From Patiria miniata (taxonomy: Eukaryota): 64,000 nucleotides of DNA. The stretch spans positions 20,022,740 to 20,086,739 of the forward strand of contig NW_024037073.1 of assembly GCF_015706575.1 (NCBI RefSeq). Direction: 5' to 3'. The position numbers and the translations under genes are program-made. How positions within the stretch are numbered: the stretch's first letter is position 1; each line of letters starts with the position of its first letter. Below, in pieces: positions 1 through 13,306 of the stretch. The notes beneath the pieces were generated by a model. That model searched no databases, was not told the DNA's origin, and saw only the letters and a list, made by a program, of their open reading frames with translations.

Positions 1-160
1 ATCCCCTTGATTTTTTTTCAATTTTGGCCAAAAAATGAAATTGCTTGAAAGTTGCTAGAAAGATGTCTCAAGGGCCCTAGAACGCATTCCAAATCGATTG
101 CTGTACAGATGTGCTACTAAAGGGGAGGGAAATTCTGTCGAAAAAAATAAGATAAAAAAG

Positions 161-812
161 TATGTACCGCCAGAGGCGACCATCAATAGTCGCCCCCAGA
201 GGTACGTACCGCTAGAGGCGACCATCAATAGTCGCCCCTAGAGGTACGTACCGCTAGAGGCGACCATCAATAGTCGCCCCTAGAAGTACGTACCGCTAGA
301 GGCGACCATCAATAGTCGCCCCTAGAGGTACGTACCGCTAGAGGCGACCATCAATAGTCGCCCCTAGAGGTACGTACCGCTACAGGCGACCATCAATAGT
401 CGCCCCTAGAGGTAGGTACCGCTAGAGGCGACAATCAATAGTCGCCCCTAGAGGTTGGTACCGCTAGAGGCGACCATCAATAGTCGCCCCCAGAGGTACG
501 TACCGCTAGAGGCGATCATCAATAGTCGCCCCCAGAGGTACGTACCGCTAGAGGCGACCATCAATAGTCGCCCCCAGAGGTACGTACCGCCAGAGGCGAC
601 CATCAATAGTCGCCCCTAGAGGTACGTACCGCTAGAGGCGATCATCAATAGTCGCCCCTAGAAGTACGTACCGCTAGAGGCGACCACCAATAGTCGCCCC
701 TAGAGGTAGGTACCGCTAGAGGCGACCATCAATAGTCGCCCCTAGAGGTACGTACCGCCAGAGGCGTCCATCAATAGTCGCCCCTAGAAGTACGTACCGC
801 ATTCGTACGTTG
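161..812. repeat. Minisatellite of about 15 tandem copies of a 42-bp unit (gtacgtaccgctagaggcgaccatcaatagtcgcccctagag) with point variants
   Basis: Direct reading shows regular head-to-tail copies with C/T and A/G variants; there are no unique spacers, so this is not CRISPR. Confidence 0.9.
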
Positions 813-820
813 GCACAAGT

Positions 821-1640
821 GATGGACTTTTTTGTGGAGACGATAACTCAAGAATAACTCAGTGCACTGAATTGAAATTTCGTTCAATAATTGTTTGGGA
901 TATCGGACACATATGGTTTCAAAATTGACGGGAACCATTCAAGAAATTTTTTTAATATGATTTAAGGAAATACAGTGTACTAAAGCACTCTTTGTGGGGA
1001 CGATAACTCAAGAACAACACAGTATCCTGAATTGAAATTTCGTTCAATAATTGTTTAGGATATAGGACATAAATGGTTTGAAAATCGACGTGAACCATTC
1101 AAGAATACATTAATATGATTAAGGGAAATACAGTGTACTAATCGCGAAAAATTATATTCGAATTCGCGGAGTCACTGTTGGAACAAAAATAGAGCACTCT
1201 TTGTGGAGACGATAACTCCAGAAAAACACATTGCACTGATTTGAAATTGCGTCCCATTAATGACTGTGATATACGAGACAATATATTTGAAATTCGACAG
1301 AAACCGTTGAAGACAAAAAACGCATACATCAAAAACAAAAACGACAATGTGTAAGAGCACTGCCGTACATTTTACCAACATCAAATTCTTGCAACAGAGG
1401 GCGCGCTACACAAATACTGGTCACCAAGCGCGCATACTTCTGTCAACGTGGATACGATCTGCCCAAACGAATTTGCACAGGTGATGGACTTTGTGGAGAC
1501 GATAACTCAAGAACACAGTGCACTGAATTGAAATTTCGTTCCAAAATTGTTTAGGATATAGGACACAAATGGTCTGAAAATCGACGGGAACCATTCAAAA
1601 ATAGAATTAATATGATTTAAGGAAATACAGTGTAAAAATC
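821..1640. repeat. Satellite with a 160-180-bp unit, 4 diverged copies (gtgatggactt..gacgataactcaagaa..gaaatttcgttcaataattgtttaggatat..gaaccattcaag..aggaaatacagtgtac)
   Basis: Copies seen at about 821-1000, 996-1160, 1190-1330 and 1480-1640. Confidence 0.8.
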
Positions 1641-4129
1641 ATTTTGCACTCAGTAACAAGGATTACACTTTTTTTTGCACGATAACAGCGAATACATCGT
1701 TTAGTGACAAAATACAATGATGCACAAATCATGGAAAGCCATTTGTATCATAAATATATATTGGGTTTTATTACAAACTATGTCAAATTTGTTATTAGTA
1801 CCATGATAAATAGTTTTTGTACTGTCCAAGCAAAAAATGATAGAATGGTAGAAAGTGACAAAATTATGGGAACTCATTTAAATCAGAAAAATGTAATAAC
1901 AATGCTGAACACCATATACTGAAATGTATGCTTTTCAAGGGAATCTTTGGGGTTTTTTTCCAGATGCGACTTGCAGGCCATTTTCAGACAAATCAATTTA
2001 ATCAATGAATATTTTTTTTTGGGGGGGGGGGACCAAAATACGTACAGTATAAACCTTTTGTTACTAGATTTTTACATTTTTCAAAACGTTACATATTTTC
2101 ACATTTTCTCTACTTTCTCAGTAATTTCTAATTCGCTGAATACTTTCCCAAAACAGTAAGGACCATTTTTATACACTTTTAGTTGGCAAGAAGAATGAAG
2201 TTGAAATCAGTTGCATATTGACACTTCATTGAATCATTGACACAGCTCTGCGAATCCACTCAATACAATCTACTCATCTCCAATATAATCACAATTAAAA
2301 CTTCTTAAAGAAGGTATCCTAATGCTCAGAAAACCAAGTGCACACTCGGTAGAATCACCGTCGAATACTTTGTATTTGTTAGGCTTTTAGCATCCATTTT
2401 CTTGCTTCTACTGCAAGTGTTGAAAATTTCATAGGCACACTTTTTATGGACGAAGCTGGAGCTCTACAGAGGTAAATATGATGGGGAAATGTACACATTC
2501 TTTCCGTATGAATGGGAAAGCTTTTTTACAAAACAAAATACAGAAGGTCTTCTTACATTTGAATATCTATCAGTGGTTAGAGCCTTCCCGATGTTTGGCT
2601 TGAAAAAGACTTGAAGGTAATGTGCAACATTTGCAAACATTAAACAGCAAAACTACCATAATATTATGAAATACCTTACTGGACTGTAAGTGAATAATAT
2701 CCCCAAGCATCCTGTGAAATTATGGCACCTGATATGCTGTCATTTTCAAGAAAAGTTGAATTTTGTATCAATTTCCAAATACTGCCCCAAATTCACCAAA
2801 GTTAGTTAGTCCACATTTTGTTTGTAATCAGTTAGACGTCCATGAACGGGTGCCAGCTTGTCTGGTTCCCTGACCTGATAATTCCCTGGCGTCTACAAAT
2901 TGCTCTGTTTCGTCCAAAGCAGGGTCAAGGAACCAGACTACATGAACAGCAGTTTTTTTCAGTCTAACAATATTCACTATAAAAATACTAACCCCCAAAT
3001 CCATCCACTTCTGAAAATTACAGCAAAAGCAAGTGTTGAATATTACCTTTAAACCTAATACATATATTCCACAGCGCTCAATTTACTTTGTACTTGCGTT
3101 CGTCTTGTGTTGTTTTGAAAGTCGTATCAAGTCATGTGAAAACAATTTCCCAAGAAGCAACATTGGTTTCACAAACTGCAACTGCATTTGAAAAAGGAAG
3201 AAAAGGCAGGTTTGGAAACCAGACGTCCATACCTGACCACTATTCTTTATACAATATCTTAGGAGAAATCTGGCTTCAGAATTTTGCACCCTCAAGACAT
3301 GGTTTGCAAGACATGGTTTGCACTCAGCACAAAATTGAACGCGCATGCAAATTTGCGACGTCTCGTCAAGTTTTCTCGCTGCGAATTTGCAAAACTTGAA
3401 CACATTTCAACCTGGACTACTTTTGCTGAGAATGTTTTGTGATGTCAAATTTGCTTTACGTTTGCATTCAGGCAGTATCCTTTTGTGACTTCATGTTTTT
3501 GAGCACACAACAATTAAAGAAAAATAAGCGTAGCCTGTTTGGATAGGAATACAAAATTCCCGCCATTGTAGTACAATTGTGCCCCACTAAATGTTCATCA
3601 ATAATTTCTTGCAATGCTAAGAAAATAAATATACACTACAAGGCTAAGCAGCCCTGCACAATCACGTAGATAAATACGTATATTACATCATTATACAGGT
3701 CATTTTTTGTACACAAATTTGAACCATTTAAATAAACTCCAACTACAGCAAGGCAACTGTAAGTACTTCTTGTTACAAGATTGTCTCGGTGTTTTTGAGC
3801 AACATCACTTTTGAAAACCTTCAAAAAGTATCAAATTTATTTTACATAATTTTGGCAAAAATCCTACTGCTGTTAATAATGTCTTGGTGGTAGAACCCTG
3901 TTATGTATTTCAATTGTATCCCCTTCTTTTTACATTAAAAGCCCCCAACTGTTTGGGGCCACGCAATTTGTATATAGCTACGTAGGGCCAGTTGAGCTCC
4001 CACTGAAATATACTGTAAATGCAAACAAGCTTTTTACTTACAAAAATCAAAACATTTGTGTCCAAATTCTTTGCAATCAAACGTTTTCCCAGAGGCGGTT
4101 CTGAGGTCTGGTAGCCATTTTCTTAACCC

Positions 4130-4440
4130 TAACTCCCTAGGCATTTTTACTAGGATCCAACCTCAATCCTGCAAAATCCTCCCACTGCCTCCATGTCAAA
4201 ATTGCATACAGCCTCAATCTTCCAAAATCCTCTGTTATCGCTGTCAATATGTTGAGGCAGAGCCAGTGACATCCTGGAGCAGTGCAGAGGATTTCAAGTA
4301 TAATCTAGGCCTAAATTTATGCACGGCTGAACATAAACAACACAAGGTCCGGCCTGAGACCTTGACACACTGCATTCTCCAAAATCAGCCACGCAGTTTT
4401 GCCATATAGCCTCCATCCTGCAAGAGCCGCATTTTGCCAA
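4130..4440. repeat. Copy of a dispersed interspersed repeat family (core ggaggattttgcaggattgaggcag / ccaaaatcctc)
   Basis: The same roughly 200-300-bp sequence recurs at 20215-20425, 34020-34345, 36515-36650, 60995-61200 and 63835-63965. Confidence 0.7.
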
Positions 4441-7210
4441 GAGCATTTTGGAGGATATGGGAAGGTCTAAGGTTAAAGGTTTAATTCAAAAAAGTTCCAG
4501 TCCACAGAAAAGTACAGGTTACAGCATTATTCAGAATTGGAAGACAGAAATTATCAATTTTAATTTACATGTGAATAATGAAGAGCAAACATCTATTTTT
4601 GTTTGCACATGAGTCTAAATGTGTACTTACAAATTCAGTTGGCAAGGGCTGAATGAATACAGTATCGTTAATGGCTGATTTTGTAGTGAATATATATTTT
4701 GTTGACCTATGTTGTCTTTTTCTGTGCTTTTTTTTCACATACTAAGCATTCTGGAGTGTACTAACAACCTTGTCTTTGACAGCAAGACGATGCACCCACT
4801 GGTAACAATGCAAGATTACAACTCTACACTGGGGGGGGGGGGGGGGGGGGGCAACACGTGCCCGTGCTTCCCCCCCCCCCCCTCCCCTCCCAAGTGCCCC
4901 CTAGCAACCTAACCCTAGTTACGCCGCTGGGTCATTACACACAAGCTTGTCACCAACAGTAAGATCATAAACACTGTGAGTAGTCAAATTTCATCAACAG
5001 ACAAAACAGGTAAGTGGTAGGTACAGCTTGCTTATCCATCACCACCAGTCAAAACATGGCTGTATCAAGTGACATAAACAGTCACAACCAGTCAATCCTG
5101 CTTTGGAGAACTCAACTGGCAGGAAACAGTCCCTTTCTTGAGTTTGACTGCTGGGATGGCTTTGTTGAATTTGCCAGACAGAGGAGTGTCATAAAAGGTG
5201 ATTTGTAATAAAAAAAAAAATTCAAAGGAGTTAGGTCAAACGAGCTTTGAAATAAGTTTGCACAATTTAAACTCAATTACGATTGCCAACATAAATTACC
5301 CAAAACAGCTCATTTAAAGCACCTACATTTCATTTACAAGCACCAATTAATACAGTCATGACTGGAGAGGCAATCAAGTCCTTCGAAGGCTGAAAAATCC
5401 CAACAAAAAGAGGGAACTGAAGTGAATATTGACTTGCACTTTTGAACAAACAAATCCAAAAAAGTCCTCTAGCTAATTGTGGTTACAGAGGAACCTTACA
5501 AATGGGCCTTATACACGAGTCGGCCATATTGAATTGAAAGTGAGGTAAAAGCTTAATTTTTGGAACTTGCCGAGAGAAATGAAAGCAACTTAATTACTAA
5601 TTAATTCCAGTCTGCTTCAATGAATTATTTAAAATTTGTGATTACACATTCCCTAATGTTTAAAGCCAGATTTTAAAAAAAAATTGCATAAATAGTCTGG
5701 CGCCATCCCATTCAATAGTTAATAATGAATGAAATACATTCAGGGAACTCGACAAAAATGGCCACTCGTGAATAAGGCTCATTGTGTGCCCTCTATCAAC
5801 CAAAGCCTTTTACAGTCTTTATCAACGTACATCCAATACAAGATTAGCAAACAACCAGTTCTTATATCCACATGGAAAAAACACCCCCATTCTGCCATTT
5901 CTTTAGTTACGCCATTTGAATTTCCCACCTAGGATCCAACGGTTCAAAGCTTGGTTGGTTTCTTTCACAATTTAAAAAGAAAAAAAACAATTAAGGTCAC
6001 TGCTCAAATGTGACTGGCTCCACAAAAAAAGGGTATTATGTCGCAAAAAAAGAGAGAAATTGAGTTATATACATGGGTGGAAGGCCCACAATGTAAGCTT
6101 TCATTTGGTATATAATAGAGCTCCATAGCCCCTGCTGTTCTGGAGATATGATGTATTTGCATATTAATTTCTTCCTTGGAGTTCGATTAAAACAACTGAG
6201 AAAACAGGCTTTGAAATAGCTGGCTTTGTTGTAGAACAACAGACCGATGCACCCAAATGGTTGTTTTTTCCACTTTGTTTATTAAAATCAACATTTCTGT
6301 GAATGAAACCTGGAACTGTAGGGATTTAAAGATGTCATTCATGACAAAAAATGAAAATCACATTTTGACAAAATTTTCACCCTCTTACACAATAATGTTT
6401 AGCGAGTTAATACCCTTTTTTGTGGAGCCGGTCACAAATCAAATACCACACTTTTTGTTCTTGTATTCATGCAAATTTGAAAATATTGAGGTACTTTAGC
6501 CTGCTCAGGGACATATTAAAGAAAAACTCTCTCTTCATGGACCAACCACTAAATTACACAAGTCATAAGCAGCCATATTTCCTAAGCAAGTTTTGAGCGG
6601 TCATTAAGAATCAATTTCAGGAAGTATAAATCTACAAAAGTTTGGTAAAATAAATATCTGCACTCTTTGTCAAACCTGGCTGATGGGGGGATTCCTCTAC
6701 CTCTTTAAAGCTCTTCAAAGTACGCCACCCTTGCCTTCGTCGTGCCAGATTTGATCTGTAAAGAAAATCGAACAGAACAGTCAAATATTGAATATTGCAA
6801 ATCTAAACCAGAGCTTATTTTACAATACTACATGTTCTTGTCGTCATACACATTTTTCTCAATACTTCAATTCTAAAAATTTAATACCAAAGTACAGTAC
6901 AAACTTATGTCATCGCAAATACACCAAAAAAACCAACAATTATTAGTTATATCAGGCTTCCAGTGGTAAAAATAATCAGCGCATTGTTTCCTTTCGTAAA
7001 AAGTACCAGGATGACTGCAATATTATGTCAGTATTAAAACGTACCCAGATGAGCACAATATTTTTTTCGATACTGTCTTCATCCGGGCATTTGAACAAAT
7101 TTCACTGTTTCCTGCTCAATCAAGAGTGTAGAAAGCCACAACTTGCATCAGTACAGCAAGGTCCCACAGATGCTTACACCTGATGCTCTGTGTTGCGTCT
7201 GCCAGGGTTA

Positions 7211-7731
7211 AGGTGCCTTTCCATATGCACATTTTTTGGTCCGTTACGCCTACGTTGCGTTAACATATTTAATTTTTAAGGACACAAAAAATTGACTTCA
7301 TATTGACGCACACGTCCCTTTTCATAGGTACGCATACGTTGCGTGTCCATTTCGATCGTCCGCCAAAATCATTCCAAGAGCAATTTCGACACATATGCAA
7401 CGCTTGGCGCAAGCGAACAACCCCCTACCATTACTGCGTTGCAATCAAAACGATGGTACGTCCCATTATCTTGCCTGCTTTGGACGATTTCATGGACCCA
7501 CACCCAGTATTTTCGGTTTTTTTTGGAAAGAATTCTTTCACTGTAAGCTGCAGCTGCAATCAATGGACGCATTTTATTTTGACAGCTTGCCATTTTCTTT
7601 TTTCTACATTGCTATTAAACCAAATTCATTGCGCATACTTCACATATACATGGAAAGGTAAATCACGCGTGCAAAATGCATCGCGAACAACAGTCACGGA
7701 CACAGCCAGGACTGAAAGCGCATATGGAAAG
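7211..7731. mobile_element. MITE-like element with perfect 19-bp terminal inverted repeats (aaggtgcctttccatatgc ... gcatatggaaaggcacctt)
   Basis: Exact inverted repeats at 7211-7229 and 7713-7731 flank about 480 bp that has no convincing coding content; the left flank (cacctgatgc.ctgtgttgcgtctgccagggtta) also recurs at 10250-10290. Confidence 0.5.
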
Positions 7732-7753
7732 GCACCTTTTACTAGGAATCATT

Positions 7754-7943
7754 CTAAATAATTGAGATCGTCTTCCCACTTACTCTGACTAGCGTGATGT
7801 ACTTGGTTTCTCCCCTATCCATCAGGTCATTGTGGATGCGATCAAGCTCCGTCTCTTTCTCCTCCACCTTCATCACCTCGATCTCTGACTTGAGCTCATT
7901 CAGTTGTAGCTGCAGATGCCTGCTCTTCTCCAGGTAGTCCACC
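7754..7943 (-). CDS. NF2: Merlin/NF2 homologue, terminal coding exon (..RVDYLEKSRHLQLQLNELKSEIEVMKVEEKETELDRIHNDLMDRGETKYITLVRVSGKTISII*)
   Basis: Acceptor cgcccag|G in phase 1; matches the human merlin C-terminus [57 protein letters not shown]; stop TAG at 7754-7756. A possible alternative donor GTAAGT sits directly after the LVR codon. Confidence 0.8.
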
Positions 7944-9037
7944 CTGGGCGAGACAAACAATAGAGGTAGGCGGAGTAAAATAAAGGGTGGAAATTTGGAA
8001 AGACTCTTTAAGAAGTCCAGAGGGAAAACGGGATGACTAAAGGTGGTCTTCCATTGTGTTACTCTGAACAGGATGGAATTTGCATCGGGGAGATGGAAAT
8101 TCAAGATTAGGTTTTGCCCTTCACCGAGAACAAATTCACAAGCTTACTCGGGTGGGACTGGAACCCACAGCCTCCTGCTTACTGGTGCAGACATCTTACC
8201 ACTGAACCACCAAGCTTGCCAGGATCGGCTGGCTGGTTCGAATTGGATAAAGCAGCAGGTACTGCACCCAAACTATTTATAGAATGGAATTTGCGTTGGG
8301 GAGATGTACATTCAATAATGGGTGTTGTACTCTGTTCCTACAGTTTCATACTTTTGTTTCAGAGTCTCGCCCAACATAAATGTGTTTAGATTGACCCAAG
8401 ACGACCAAAATAGAATTAGGTTTTTGACAAGCCAACTTCAATTTTCTACTGACTAGTCTCTGGACTTGTTTCAAAGGATTTCAACAGTCGATCTTCCGCG
8501 TTTGGCGCAGCTCCAGAATGCCAGGCCGCAACAGCTGTTAATACTCAATATCTGCCCAGTTTACTATAGGGGTGTTTTGTAAAACAAAATATTTTTTGGT
8601 GAACATTCAACTGCTACGTTTTGAGCTTGAATGTCAGCTTGAAAGAGATTTTTTATGATAAAGCAACTTCTATTCCATGTTCTTTTGTGCAGGGTAAAAT
8701 ATATTTTCTAGCCCTATTGCTGAGAGTGGATTTAGAAAGGTCATATAGAGGGCTCTCACTGACCCATTTGACTCGGCCTACATCCAGGTACCACAAAGTC
8801 AGCGTCGCCATTGTAGCAGACTAAGACCGATGGGTCGGCATGATTATGACAACCGTGCACGGCACAGGTAGTGACCATTATGCAATTTGATAACGGCTAT
8901 GCCACACGAAAATACACCATACTGTCTAATTTACAATGAATGACGTGGTTGCTGACTAAAGGCTTGCCTCCTGCACTGAGGTAGGGTCTGAAAAAGCAGC
9001 TGGATGGATGTAGAAAACATATCACGTTGATACAAAC

Positions 9038-9186
9038 CTTTCTTTCTCAATTTCTTTGGACAGTTTCTCCACGTCACCATCCGTCATCAGTTCATAGGAG
9101 TTGTTATCGTTGTCCACTCCGTAGTCTCCGTCTGTGAGCTGTAGCTTCTCAAACTCTGAGCTGGTTATGACATGCGCTGATGTTAA
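9038..9186 (-). CDS. NF2: NF2 exon 13 (LTSAHVITSSEFEKLQLTDGDYGVDNDNNSYELMTDGDVEKLSKEIEKE)
   Basis: tctcag acceptor and gtttgt donor; aligns to merlin [31 protein letters not shown]; phase 0 to 2. Confidence 0.75.
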
Positions 9187-10447
9187 CTGAGAGAAAAACA
9201 CACAGAGGGAGAAATGGGTTACAATATTGCTTGAACATTTAATGGCGGAGGACGTGTAAACACGATCTGGCAGTGTACATCAGCAGGGGCGGGCGACGGG
9301 TTAAATCGTCAAGCTTTCTTCAAGTCTCAGGCGGTGGACGTGTTTACACGTCAGTGGTTCCCATTGGTTTTGTACACACTTTGTGTTGAACTTGAACTTG
9401 GCCATTACAGGCCTGGCATTGTATCATATCACTCCCTGGCGGGACCTCCGAGTTACGGTGAGGAGTATCATACAAATATTGTACAAATGACTCTCAAGAT
9501 TTAGTATTTGTGGTGTTTGGCCGATATATTTAATCTTTGTGAAAATTTATGTTTTTCGGCCAAAAAAAATCCTGTCGTGAAGTAGCTACAGGTTATTATG
9601 GAAGTAAAACAAACTGTGCCACTGGTTTACTCATTGCATTGTGTGTTGATAACTGTCAAACACCTGCCAATTTTGTGAGCATTTTGTGCAATGAACACAA
9701 ATTGCACAATGTATCTCTACAATCTAAGTTCTACTAAGAGCAAGTCATTTCACATTTTTAAGGTTATATGTGGGCAATTCCAGCATTATGAAAGGAAGTG
9801 TAATGTCCATGACAGAGCCAATTAACCACGATATCTAATTAATGATTCAGAGAAATGATCTAAAACTCCTAGTCTGTGGTCTCCTGGACCATTAATAGAC
9901 GAAGGATGTAGAAGATTTGAAGAAAAATACATGTTCAGGTTTATTCACTGGGCTCTTAACAGCTCTATCACGGACATTACATTAACCCTAACCCTCCAGG
10001 GTATTTTGGCTAGACACCCTGCCAAATGCAGCAACATGCAACACTTGTCTAAGTGACAAGCCTGCCCAGTGCAGCAAGATCCATCAGGTCAAAATGTTTC
10101 AAGGCCAAACTGCCTCAGAGTCTGTGGTCCCCGAACGCAGCAGGATACAACTGTGGCATTGTTCAATGGGATTAGCTCTCATTGTCTCAGAAACGGCCGT
10201 TTACGCACTGGTGTTGGTGGCTGAATGCATCAAAGTGCACCAGACTTTTCCACCTGATGCACTGTGTTGCGTCTGCCAGGGTTAGGGTTGACGCTTAAAC
10301 ATTTTGGCAAAACCCTTCTGTGTGTCATTCACAAGCAAGTTTAATAATACTACGCAACATTTTGACTGCTAAGCTGTTTACATGTAGCATAGCAAATTTC
10401 TTATGCTTTCAGCTAAGCAGCTTCAAAATATCAGCCCAAGTACTCAC

Positions 10448-10553
10448 ATCCAGGAGTGGCAACTTGGTGACTTGGATGAGTTTCTCCTTGGCGTTCTTCT
10501 CAGCTTCCCTGGCCCGGACAAGCTGCTCCTTTAATCTCTCGGCCTCCATTGCT
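10448..10553 (-). CDS. NF2: NF2 exon 12 ((R)AMEAERLKEQLVRAREAEKNAKEKLIQVTKLPLLD)
   Basis: ctttcag acceptor and gtgagt donor; aligns to merlin [32 protein letters not shown]. Confidence 0.75.
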
Positions 10554-11449
10554 CTGAAAGAACAATAGAAACAATGACATCACTGACTTCCAATCTTAAA
10601 GCTTAAAGGGGCACGACGCTTCATCTCTGATGACAGGAAATGCCCTGTGCAATTAGAAATACCTACAGCGACTTTTTCAAGGGATCCCCATATGACCCTT
10701 GAAAAAGTAAAATTGAAAATCTCAGCGGGTGTCGGAGGATGCCTACGTGCCCAACGGAATCTGGGGCGGATTGCAATACCAAGGTCTTAGCTGGCGGGCT
10801 TAACTAGTCTGATTATACCTGGCTATCGCTCAAGGATGGTCTTGGTAAGATGCAAAAGCGATAAGCCGGTCTTTACTAAGCCTGCGTAAAGTATTGATTC
10901 ACAAACATACATTCCGTGGTTATGGGCTATGGTGCTCACACGCCGTAATACCAGAGAAACTGCACAATTTTCAGCAGTCTGATTCAACTCATGCGAAATC
11001 AAATCTGTCGATTAGAAATTTGTGTTCAGAAAATTGTAACTGCAGTACAACTCAGTGTCATTACATTTCTTTAAAAGATTCCTTCTGTCTTAGACAATCC
11101 TCTCTCCAAGCAGTGTTCTGCTATTTAACATAATCATGTTTATATTAACTGAAGAAAAAAAATCTTTGACATTTTGTTTTGAACACACAGATGAATACAA
11201 GAAAATCCCAACAATAGACCGTTTTTAAGCCAGCCCAACCCGTACTTTCGAAAAATGGAATTTTCACAACAGGCATAATGAAGTGATGACATGAAGACGG
11301 TTAAGACACAGTGGTTTAATTTTTATAAAAATGCTGTCATTGCCACATTTTGTCGGTTAATTTTTCAGAGATTAAGCATCAGAAAAGCTGTCATCTTGGT
11401 ACTAACAAGTTATAAAAAGATTCTGTGAATGGAAGAAGGCAGTTCCTAC

Positions 11450-11535
11450 CTTCTATCTGACTCCTCAGCTAATCTGCCAGCAATCATCTCGGCTTCGTGA
11501 ACTTTCATCTCCATTAAATTTCTCTCTTCTTCCGT
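11450..11535 (-). CDS. NF2: NF2 exon 11 (TEEERNLMEMKVHEAEMIAGRLAEESDR)
   Basis: gtgtag acceptor and gtagga donor; aligns to merlin [29 protein letters not shown]. Confidence 0.75.
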
Positions 11536-12280
11536 CTACACAGGAGGGCAAATGTATGACAGGTTGAAAAAACAAAGAATCAATATTTATTCATATTCCT
11601 TCAAATCAGTAGAATTGCCGAAATGGGTACATCTTCACTTTAATAAACTTGTGCAACATGTGTGTTCGCATCGTACATTGTATCATCACAGTAATAGACC
11701 ATTGTCATGTTACGGCCATCTTGATTTTTTTCTCATTTAAATCAACGTAACCCAAGCGAGGCTAAAAGGAAAAATAGTCTGGTTCCTTTTTGCACAAAAA
11801 ATTATCATTCAGTACTGTTATTGGATACAGGGAACATGACTGAAATGGTGGCAGCATGATAAAGGTCTATGGCTTCTCATTACGTTTTGTTGAATAAGTC
11901 ATCAGGTAATGCCAAGTAAAAAAAATAACAAATTCCTCGTCACTGCCAGTTTGATTTTTTTTCCCGGCTGCCTCCCTTTTTCTTTTTAATTGTACATTTG
12001 CAATACATTTTGTCTTATGTGTTTCCAGCGAACCTGTATCTATGTACAACTTCAAAAACTGGTAATAAGCATTGACGGCTCCTTTCGACACAAAATTATC
12101 AGCAAAAGAGTCAAGGAAATGGAAGAATCCATCTTAAAAAAATCCCATCTTGACAAATAAAAGGGCCGCCTCCTCCCTTCTGTCAAAAACCTGGATGAGT
12201 AACCATTTTTTCCCCCACTTTGTCTAATAGATGGTTCTTTTCATTCAAAATCCACCAGTCACAAAAGTCTTTCCGTTTAC

Positions 12281-12412
12281 CTTGATAGCCTGTAGCCTGA
12301 TGCGTTGTATCTCAGAATCGGCTTGGTTGGCCTTCTGAGCTAGCAACATGGCTTCCTCCTCCGCAACCTGGGCTTTCTCTCCGAGAAGTTCTGCCGTCTC
12401 CTCTGACCTCAT
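12281..12412 (-). CDS. NF2: NF2 exon 10 ([44 protein letters not shown])
   Basis: Six-frame ORF 12245..12439(-); ttttaag acceptor and gtaaac donor; aligns to merlin [44 protein letters not shown]. Confidence 0.85.
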
Positions 12413-13183
12413 CTTAAAACATAGCAAAAATGAACACAAATGAGGGAATAGGCCTAGAACACTTCTATTACAGTGGAATATTCACATGAGTTTGTGAGCA
12501 CCCAACGAGGAAATTTGGATTGTAATGGGCTTATATTCAGCACACAATATCTGTGCTAGAGCTGCAAGCACAGACTGGTGAACTAAGCACGGAATTACGT
12601 GGTTCGACAAACCATGTTAGTGAGCCTTTTTTATTTTGCAGGTTTGAGGGAAGAAGGCCTATACACTATTTTGGCAATCTAAACTAGTGGCCATTATTGA
12701 GTTGGAACCATATTTGCATGCAGGCTGTATGCACACACTTACTATTCCTTTGATCAATAGCGTTACCAAAATGTGTACAAGCATGACATTCACTGTGTGG
12801 ACTTCCCAACAAAAGATGTCCACATAAACCAGTTTTCAGCTACGTTGTGTGGACTTGCCCACGTCCACACAATGTTTCCCCCTCTCTGGAAAACAGGTTT
12901 AGAGGCATTTTGGGGTTAGGTTTATCCATTGCAAAAAAAATTGGGTGAGTTTTTACAGTGTGAGTAAAATGAGTTTTTTTTCACAGGTTTTTCTTAACAA
13001 CGAAAACAAAGGAACGTCCACAATAGGTATGTAACGTAAACATATATGTGTGTGTGTGTGCTTCAATTTTAAGAATGCTGGAGAAATGCACACAAGCTTG
13101 GTTCAACCTCAGTCATGGCTTCCAATTTTGTTCATCAAATTAGTCTATAAACCAACATTAGGTAACAACAAGCAGCATCTCAC

Positions 13184-13306
13184 CAGTGCATCGTGTGCTA
13201 GTCTTGCCTCGTCCCTGAAGTGCACCAGTTGCTTCTCCATGTCCTCCTTGTCACGCTCGGCTTGCTCCCTCAACTCTCTCTCCCTCATCAACTTGTGTCT
13301 CTCGAT
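13184..13306 (-). CDS. NF2: NF2 exon 9 (IERHKLMRERELREQAERDKEDMEKQLVHFRDEARLAHDAL)
   Basis: ggtcag acceptor and gtgaga donor; aligns to merlin [41 protein letters not shown]. Confidence 0.8.

Noticed and set aside
161-812. Regularly spaced 42-bp direct repeats that superficially resemble a CRISPR array
   Set aside because: The repeats are contiguous head to tail with no unique spacers, and the context is eukaryotic (spliced genes, SINEs), so this is a minisatellite
7303-7761. 152-aa ORF on the plus strand
   Set aside because: It lies entirely inside the TIR-bounded MITE-like element and overlaps the NF2 terminal exon on the opposite strand; the composition is not coding-like
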